A DNA stretch of 4,127 bases from a virus (taxonomy: Duplodnaviria > Heunggongvirae > Uroviricota > Caudoviricetes), in the IMG/VR virus record IMGVR_UViG_2698536471_000014; one strand, 5' to 3'. Of the stretch, positions 1 through 4,127 are shown piece by piece (position 1 is the first letter of the stretch; every line of letters begins with the position of its first letter). The notes under the pieces were generated by a model. It was given only the letters and a program-made list of their open reading frames with translations, had not been told where the DNA came from and made no database searches. The translations under genes and the position numbers were made by a program.

Positions 1-71
1 TCCTGACTTTCCAGAACCATACGAATCGCCCGCTGACGGACTTCGGGGGAAAAACGAGTATTTTTAGTCAT
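1..71 (-). CDS. IS3-family transposase OrfA, N-terminal 23 codons only (partial, runs off the window start)
   Basis: ATG at complement 69-71 preceded by AAGAGG (complement of 80-85) at about 8 nt; translation MTKNTRFSPEVRQRAIRMVLESQ; frame open to position 1. Confidence 0.8.
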   Translation of the reverse strand, partial: MTKNTRFSPEVRQRAIRMVLESQ

Positions 72-100
72 CCTGTTTACCTCTTTCTCAGGGAGTTGAG

Positions 101-125
101 TCTCCTGGATTTCCGGGGCGGTTCA
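101..125 (-). repeat. 25-bp terminal inverted repeat (IRL-type) of the IS3-family element
   Basis: Reverse complement of 101-125 is TGAACCGCCCCGGAAATCCAGGAGA; identical at 21 of 25 positions to the plus-strand sequence at 4103-4127. Confidence 0.75.
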
Positions 126-947
126 CTGGCGGATGATCCTGCCGTTCGGGCCGTGTTCCGCAATGAGGCAGTGATCCGTCGTGCTGGTGGCGTGGAATGT
201 CTTGAAAGCTGGTTACTTCGTGAAAAAGGCTGCCAGTGGCCTCATTCCGACTGGCACAGCGAGAACATGACAACAATGCGACACGCTCCGGGCGCAATCC
301 GTCTGTGCTGGCACTGCGATAACCAGCTGCGCGATCAGTTCACGGAACGGCTGGAATCAATGGCAACGGATAACTGTGCCCGCTGGGTGTTGTCTGTTGT
401 GCGTCGGGATCTCGGTTTTGATGACAGTCATGTTGTGACAATGCCGGAACTGTGCTGGTGGCTGATTCGTAATGATCTGGCGGATGCCTTACCGGAAAGT
501 GCAGCCCGTAAGGCACTGAGATTACCGAAGCCTGTTGTGCCGTCTGTTACCCGGGAAAGTGACCTTGTGCCTTCGGTTCCTGCCACCAGCATCATCCAGG
601 ATAAGGCGAAAAAGGTGCTGGCGCTGAAAGTGGATCCGGAGTCGCCGGAGTCTTTTATGTTACGCCCAAAACGTCACCGCTGGGTTAATGAAAAGTACAC
701 GCGCTGGGTTAAGACGCAGCCGTGCGCATGTTGTGGAAAACCTGCTGATGATCCCCACCACCTGATAGGCCACGGTCAGGGGGGAATGGGTACAAAAGCG
801 CATGACCTTTTTGTGTTGCCTTTGTGCAGAAAGCATCACGACGAGCTGCATGCGGATACCGTGGCATTTGAAGAGAAGTATGGCTCCCAGCTGGAGCTGA
901 TATTTCGTTTTATCGATCGTGCGCTGGCAATAGGCGTACTGGCGTAA
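126..947 (+). pseudogene. DUF968 / YdfU-like prophage protein, 5'-truncated by the IS insertion (native part 126-947; probable pseudogene or N-terminally deleted product)
   Basis: The tool ORF 96-947 has no in-frame stop upstream to position 1, so the frame runs straight through the IS terminus at 125; the tool 'start' at 96 is a TTG inside the IS inverted repeat. First ATG in the native part is at 267 with only a weak SD. C-terminus carries a Cys/His cluster (CACCGKPADDPHH...CRKHHDELH). Stop TAA at 945-947. DUF968/YdfU naming is by recollection and synteny (immediately upstream of Q). Confidence 0.6.
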
Positions 948-960
948 GTGGAGAACGAGC

Positions 961-1713
961 ATGAACCTTGAAGCCTTACCAAAATATTACTCCCCAAAAT
1001 CTCCAAAATTGAGTGATGACGCACCGGCGACAGGCTCTGGTGGTTTAACGATTACGGATGTGATGGCTGCGCAGGGGATGGTGCAGTCGAAAGCACCGCT
1101 TGGGTTTGCCTTATTCCTGGCAAAAGTTGGTGTTCAGGATCCTCAGTTTGCGATTGAAGGTCTGCTCAATTACGCGATGGCACTGGATAACCCGACATTG
1201 AATAAATTGAGTGAAGAAACCCGGCTACAGATTATTCCTTACCTTGTGAATTTTGCCTTTGCTGATTATTCCAGGTCTGCGGCAAGTAAGGCTCGTTGTG
1301 AGCATTGTGCTGGTACTGGATTTCATAATGTATTGCGCGAAGTGGTGAAACACTCCAGAAGCGGGGAATCTGTTATCAAAGAAGAGTGGGTGAAGGAACT
1401 ATGTCAGCATTGCCATGGTAAGGGAGAAGTCAGCACAGCGTGCAGAGGGTGTAAGGGTAAAGGTATTGTCTTGGATGAAAAAAGGACCCGGCTTTATGGC
1501 ACACCTGTTTATAAGATTTGTGGGCGTTGCAATGGAAAACGGTTTAGTCGTTTACCAACCACACTGGCGCGGCATCATGTCCAGAAGCTGGTACCGGACC
1601 TGAGTGATTATCAGTGGTATAAAGGATATGCAAATGTCATTGATAAACTGGTTACAAAGTGCTGGCAGGAGGAATCTTACGCTGAAGCACAATTGAGAAA
1701 GGTGACGAGATAA
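961..1713 (+). CDS. quuQ: Late-gene antiterminator Q (lambda-Q family, QuuQ-like), 250 aa
   Basis: GGAGAA SD 5-6 nt upstream of ATG 961. Protein shows blocks recalled from lambda Q (SPKSP...SD...TDVMAA, FA(F/Y)ADY(S/C)RSA, CGRC, Q/KC..EES) and four CxxCxG motifs (CEHCAGTG, CQHCHGKG, CRGCKGKG, CGRCNGKR). Lies directly upstream of a PR'-like promoter. Stop TAA at 1711-1713. Confidence 0.85.
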   Translation: MNLEALPKYYSPKSPKLSDDAPATGSGGLTITDVMAAQGMVQSKAPLGFALFLAKVGVQDPQFAIEGLLNYAMALDNPTLNKLSEETRLQIIPYLVNFAFADYSRSAASKARCEHCAGTGFHNVLREVVKHSRSGESVIKEEWVKELCQHCHGKGEVSTACRGCKGKGIVLDEKRTRLYGTPVYKICGRCNGKRFSRLPTTLARHHVQKLVPDLSDYQWYKGYANVIDKLVTKCWQEESYAEAQLRKVTR

Positions 1714-1744
1714 GTGATTTTCGCCGAAGATGGCGACGTGATGC

Positions 1745-1785
1745 TTGCATTTTTCAAAAAATATGGATAAAATTTTTTCAACGAT
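1745..1785 (+). promoter_or_regulatory. PR'-like sigma70 late promoter with promoter-proximal pause element (Q engagement / qut region)
   Basis: -35 TTGCAT (1745-1750), 17-nt spacer, -10 TAAAAT (1768-1773), then tttttcAACGATGGG (AACGAT at 1780-1785). This parallels the lambda PR' arrangement as I recall it (TAAATT-tgactc-AACGATGGG), where AACGAT is the -10-like sigma-dependent pause signal. Confidence 0.6.
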
Positions 1786-1819
1786 GGGCTTTGTATACCC
1801 GAAGTTAAGAAAAAGTAGA

Positions 1820-1843
1820 AAACCCGCTGATGAGCGGGTTTTT
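1820..1843 (+). terminator. Rho-independent terminator, tR'-like, ending a short PR' leader transcript
   Basis: Stem AAACCCGCT (1820-1828) / AGCGGGTTT (1833-1841) with loop GATG, followed by a T-run to 1843. About 60 nt downstream of the predicted start site. Confidence 0.7.
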
Positions 1844-2135
1844 GTGCTTTAAATAGGGTAATAGAGATGTTGAATCTCATTACGGGATTCATGTTAGTTT
1901 ACTTATTATTTATCGGGTGACTTTGTTTTTTGCCTGATGTTTAAAATGCTTTCTTCCAGTACAATGTCCATAGATACAATGAGTCTGCTTATTATATTAT
2001 TAGCAGAGCTATTAAGGTCAAAGTACAGCATAAGCTTTTAAAGCCAATCAACCAGTCATCAAGACAGACGGGTTTATTCATGAAAACTCTCCATGTTTGA
2101 TTCGATGGGGCTTGAAGTTAAAGCTTTAATATAGC

Positions 2136-2348
2136 TCATGAAAGGTAAACATTGGCAGCTGATGGTCCACGCAGACCATTTATCCGGCAAAATTCCACGC
2201 GTAATCCGGTGGTAATTTCTTCTGCATCGCGGAGATTGAGCGCTGAAACATGAAGCTGGACATCGATACGACCATCGGATGGGGTTATAAGACCTTTGCC
2301 GCTTTTGCCGTCAAAGGTTTTGAGAATTCCTGTCATTTTACGGGACAA
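2136..2348 (-). CDS. cspF: Cold-shock-domain protein, CspF/CspH-like (70 aa)
   Basis: Translation [27 protein letters not shown]...[13 protein letters not shown] has CspA-family length and architecture. Start is TTG (complement of 2346-2348) with AAGGA SD 6 nt upstream on the minus strand; the in-frame ATG four codons in is 18 nt from the SD. Lacks the aromatic RNP1 residues seen in CspA/CspB, as expected for CspF/CspH. Confidence 0.85.
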   Translation of the reverse strand: MSRKMTGILKTFDGKSGKGLITPSDGRIDVQLHVSALNLRDAEEITTGLRVEFCRINGLRGPSAANVYLS

Positions 2349-2453
2349 AAAAATTCCTTAATACTGATAACTTGGCGCACTATACACACGTTCCTGAAGA
2401 AAGCTATAGTTTTTTGATGGGGTTGAAGATGGCTGGATGTCTAAAATAAACAT

Positions 2454-2648
2454 TGCTTCATATGTTCAACTATGCGTTAATGATTGCGTCGGTTTGAAGA
2501 ACAGACGATATACGAAGTAGTTTACTAAAGCAGTTCTCATTTCAGGTGTTATTCACTTATTCCTTCTTTGAGTCTCTCCAATTAAGTACGAAGTCGTTTC
2601 TGTTATACAAGCCATTTATGCCGAAAGGCTCAAGTTAAGGAATGTAGA
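2454..2648 (+). promoter_or_regulatory. cspB promoter and long cold-shock 5'UTR (cold-box-like and upstream-box-like elements)
   Basis: -35 TTGCTT (2454-2459), 16-nt spacer, -10 GTTAAT (2476-2481), then CGGTTTGAAGAACAGAC, which parallels the cspA promoter and cold box as I recall them (CTTAAT...ACGGTTTGACGTACAGAC). GCCGAAAGGC about 30 nt before the start codon matches the cspA UTR motif. Leader of about 160 nt. Confidence 0.5.
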
Positions 2649-2864
2649 ATGTCAAATAAAATGACTGGTTTAGTAAAATGGTTTAACGCTGATAAAGGTT
2701 TTGGCTTTATTTCTCCTGTTGATGGTAGTAAAGATGTGTTTGTGCATTTTTCTGCGATTCAGAATGATAATTATCGAACCTTATTTGAAGGTCAAAAGGT
2801 TACCTTCTCTGTAGAGAGTGGTGCTAAAGGTCCTGCAGCAGCAAATGTCATAATTACTGATTAA
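2649..2864 (+). CDS. cspB: Major cold-shock protein CspB-like (71 aa)
   Basis: [53 protein letters not shown]...GPAAANV: canonical CspA-family sequence with RNP1 KGFGFI and RNP2 VFVHF. AAGGA SD 7 nt upstream of ATG 2649. Stop TAA at 2862-2864. Confidence 0.9.
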   Translation: MSNKMTGLVKWFNADKGFGFISPVDGSKDVFVHFSAIQNDNYRTLFEGQKVTFSVESGAKGPAAANVIITD

Positions 2865-2975
2865 AATTCATAGTTTGTCTGTATACGATAACGAAGAAGG
2901 CTGATGCCTGAGTGGAGATACAGACAGAGTGGTGAATATTGGATCTCTTTAATAAAGAGTAAGGAGGTCCAATAC

Positions 2976-3011
2976 ATGAAACAATGGCCAGCATATTTGG
3001 CAATAACTTAA
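2976..3011 (+). CDS. 11-codon mini-ORF (MKQWPAYLAIT) behind a consensus Shine-Dalgarno; candidate small protein or leader peptide
   Basis: AAGGAGGT (2961-2968), the ideal anti-SD complement, lies 7 nt upstream of ATG 2976; stop TAA at 3009-3011. Support is the translation signal only, with no homology evidence. Confidence 0.2.
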   Translation: MKQWPAYLAIT

Positions 3012-3146
3012 TCAGGAAAAGTATGCTAACCATTGTGGTGAAGTGCAGGTTTGCTGCATGAATAGTTTTACAGCAGAAGCTAACTGCTGGCATAGCAAAA
3101 CAAAGTGCGTAAGTGGATGACTCCCACAAAAAGTACCACAATATTA

Positions 3147-3168
3147 AACCCGCTCAGGCGGGTTTTTT
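3147..3168 (+). terminator. Rho-independent terminator, potentially bidirectional, between the cspB unit and the minus-strand small ORF
   Basis: Stem AACCCGC (3147-3153) / GCGGGTT (3158-3164) with loop TCAG, followed by TTTTTT on the plus strand. On the minus strand the same hairpin is followed by TTTAATATT, a weaker U-tract. Confidence 0.7.
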
Positions 3169-3227
3169 ATTATCTGCTTTAAATATGTTATTAAAATATA
3201 AAAAATACTTGTTACGAATAAAATCAA

Positions 3228-3398
3228 TCAAGCTACAGCTTTAAGATTTGTCTGGAATACTTTGTTGCAATGAGGGCAGATCAAAAGGGCACCTTTTTGT
3301 ACTCTTGAAAAACTGTGTTCTGACTCTTGGGTGCAGTTTGGGCAGGAACATTTAACGAGATAATTACGGCGTGATTTTGAGTCTTTACGTTCTGACAT
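3228..3398 (-). CDS. Small Cys4 zinc-ribbon protein, 56 aa (alternative upstream ATG at 3449 would give the 73-aa tool ORF)
   Basis: MSERKDSKSRRNYLVKCSCPNCTQESEHSFSRVQKGALLICPHCNKVFQTNLKAVA has two CxxC pairs about 20 residues apart. The internal ATG (complement of 3396-3398) has an AGGAAAA SD about 7 nt upstream; the ATG at 3449 has no evident SD. It may correspond to a prophage-encoded small zinc-binding protein of the YnfU type, but that name is from uncertain recollection. Confidence 0.55.
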   Translation of the reverse strand: MSERKDSKSRRNYLVKCSCPNCTQESEHSFSRVQKGALLICPHCNKVFQTNLKAVA

Positions 3399-3616
3399 AG
3401 GCTTTTCCTGTATAAATGGCCGTATACAGTACACTAAATATGAAAACATATCTCGTATTATTATTTAATATATGATTTTCTTTTAAAATAATTACCCACA
3501 TTTTTAATGTGTCTGTTTTTTAGCGCCGTTGAGAACAACGTTTGCTATAAAAACTACCCCATAGACTCCGATCTTTTCAAACATATTGCACCATCTGTGT
3601 ACATCGGGGTGAGGAT

Positions 3617-3832
3617 ATGAAATCAATGGATAAGTTAACAACAGGTATCGCCTATGGCACATCGGCTGGTAATGCTGGTTTCTGGGCATTGCAGTTACTC
3701 GATAAAGTAACTCCGTCACAGTGGGCTGCAATCGGTGTGCTGGGTAGTCTGGTATTTGGCTTGCTGACGTACCTGACAAACCTTTATTTCAAGATTAAAG
3801 AAGACAAGCGTAAGGTTGCACGGGGAGAGTAA
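3617..3832 (+). CDS. essQ: Phage-21-type class II holin / pinholin (S21-like), dual-start antiholin and holin
   Basis: [71 protein letters not shown]: two hydrophobic segments and a basic C-terminus, closely resembling S21/EssD as recalled. GGGGTGAGGA SD upstream of ATG 3617; second in-frame ATG at 3626 (M1-K-S-M4 dual-start motif). Stop TAA at 3830-3832. Confidence 0.9.
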   Translation: MKSMDKLTTGIAYGTSAGNAGFWALQLLDKVTPSQWAAIGVLGSLVFGLLTYLTNLYFKIKEDKRKVARGE

Positions 3833-3836
3833 TTCA

Positions 3837-4102
3837 ATGACACAAAACTATGAACTGATTGTGAAAGGGATCCGCAATTTTGAGAATAAAGTTGCGGTAA
3901 CTGTAGCATTAAGGGACAAAAAACGCTTTGACGGTGAAATTTTTGACCTGGACATCTCGCTGGACCGTGTTGAAGGTGCCGCGCTGGAGTTTTATGAGGC
4001 AGCAGCCAGAAGGAGCATCAGACAGGTCTTCCTGGAAGTTGCAGCCGGGTTATGTGAAGGGGATGAGCAGTCGCCGGAAAAGCGCCCCGTAATTTTAGAG
4101 GC
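3837..4102 (+). pseudogene. Hypothetical prophage protein (YdfR-like by synteny), 3'-truncated by IS insertion at 4102/4103
   Basis: ATG 3837 lies 4 nt after the holin stop, with GGGGAGAG SD (translational coupling). Frame is open through 4102 and continues without a stop into the IS inverted repeat to the window end, so the native C-terminus is replaced. Not lysozyme-like. The YdfR assignment rests on position after the holin in Qin-like prophages, not on a verified alignment. Confidence 0.5.
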
Positions 4103-4127
4103 TGAACCGCCCCGGGTTTCCTGGAGA
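4103..4127 (-). mobile_element. Terminus (IRR-type inverted repeat) of a second IS3-family (IS629-like) element; body continues rightward beyond the window
   Basis: Plus strand 4103-4127 TGAACCGCCCCGGGTTTCCTGGAGA is a 21/25 match to the inverted repeat at 101-125 and matches my recollection of the IS629 right inverted repeat. Orientation (transposase on the minus strand further right) is inferred from the IRL/IRR variant, not observed. Confidence 0.7.

Larger units (their letters stand above)
1..125 (-). mobile_element. Left-end portion of an IS3-family insertion sequence (IS629/IS1203-like); terminus at 125, body continues leftward beyond the window
   Basis: Minus strand 125->101 reads TGAACCGCCCCGGAAATCCAGGAGA (TG-initiated terminal inverted repeat), followed by AAGAGG Shine-Dalgarno and ATG (complement of 69-71) opening an ORF MTKNTRFSPEVRQRAIRMVLESQ, which matches my recollection of the IS629-group OrfA N-terminus. 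Family assignment is from memory, not a search. Confidence 0.8.

Noticed and set aside
88-297. 69-aa minus-strand ORF spanning the IS terminus and the start of the DUF968 gene
   Set aside because: It crosses the IS/host junction antisense to the DUF968 frame, has no ribosome binding site and a Pro/Arg-rich composition typical of GC-rich antisense frames; it is an artefact of the junction.
660-1024. Two minus-strand ORFs (660-962 and 836-1024) antisense to the DUF968 gene 3' end and the Q gene start
   Set aside because: They overlap well-supported plus-strand genes entirely, have no SD and low-complexity translations; most likely shadow ORFs.
1415-1603. 62-aa plus-strand ORF in an alternative frame inside the Q gene
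   Set aside because: Embedded out of frame within a conserved Q coding region; no independent translation signal.
1677-1892. 71-aa minus-strand ORF across the Q stop, PR' promoter and tR' terminator
   Set aside because: It runs through promoter and terminator elements and AT-rich intergenic DNA; the hydrophobic, low-complexity translation looks like an AT-rich artefact.
2118-2129. Perfect 12-bp palindrome TTAAAGCTTTAA just downstream of the cspF stop (minus strand)
   Set aside because: Short AT-rich palindromes occur by chance in AT-rich intergenic DNA; it has no GC stem and no flanking U-tract, so it is not a convincing terminator or operator.
2854-3141. 95-aa minus-strand ORF between the cspB stop and the 3147 terminator
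   Set aside because: Cys/Phe-rich low-complexity translation, no SD at its start, and it overlaps the plus-strand SD/mini-ORF region; judged non-coding.
3504-3779. 91-aa minus-strand ORF antisense to the holin gene
   Set aside because: It overlaps the strongly supported holin CDS and its ribosome binding site; no translation signal and no recognisable domain.
3837-4127. Possibility that the ORF after the holin is the SAR endolysin (R21-like lysozyme)
   Set aside because: The translation has no N-terminal signal-anchor-release hydrophobic segment and no lysozyme catalytic motif; it is a different, acidic soluble protein, so the endolysin is not in this window.
1-4127. CRISPR arrays, tRNA/rRNA genes, toxin-antitoxin pairs or other defence-system signatures
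   Set aside because: No regularly spaced direct repeats, no tRNA-like cloverleaf candidates, and no paired small ORFs with toxin-antitoxin architecture were seen. Every sizeable ORF is accounted for by IS or lambdoid late-region functions.

Overview
This 4.1-kb window reads as the late-regulation / lysis-proximal segment of a Qin-like defective lambdoid prophage of an enterobacterium, bracketed at both edges by termini of IS3-family (IS629/IS1203-like) insertion sequences. Left to right: the IS left end with the first 23 codons of its orfA on the minus strand (1-125); a 5'-truncated DUF968/YdfU-like gene (126-947); a lambda-Q-type antiterminator (961-1713); a PR'-like late promoter with a lambda-identical AACGATGGG pause element and a tR'-like terminator (1745-1843); divergent cold-shock paralogs cspF-like (minus, TTG start) and cspB-like (plus) with a cspA-like promoter and cold-box 5'UTR; a hairpin terminator (3147-3168); a small Cys4 zinc-ribbon ORF on the minus strand; a dual-start S21-type pinholin (3617-3832); and a YdfR-like ORF that is cut at 4102 by the second IS end (4103-4127). 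I see no convincing evidence of a complete, previously undescribed multi-gene system such as a defence island. The most unusual items are the IS bracketing that truncates genes on both sides, the expanded zinc-finger insertion in the Q protein, the zinc-ribbon small ORF and an 11-codon mini-ORF behind a consensus Shine-Dalgarno. All calls rest on reading the sequence and recalled family knowledge; no searches were run, and family names recalled from memory are flagged as such.
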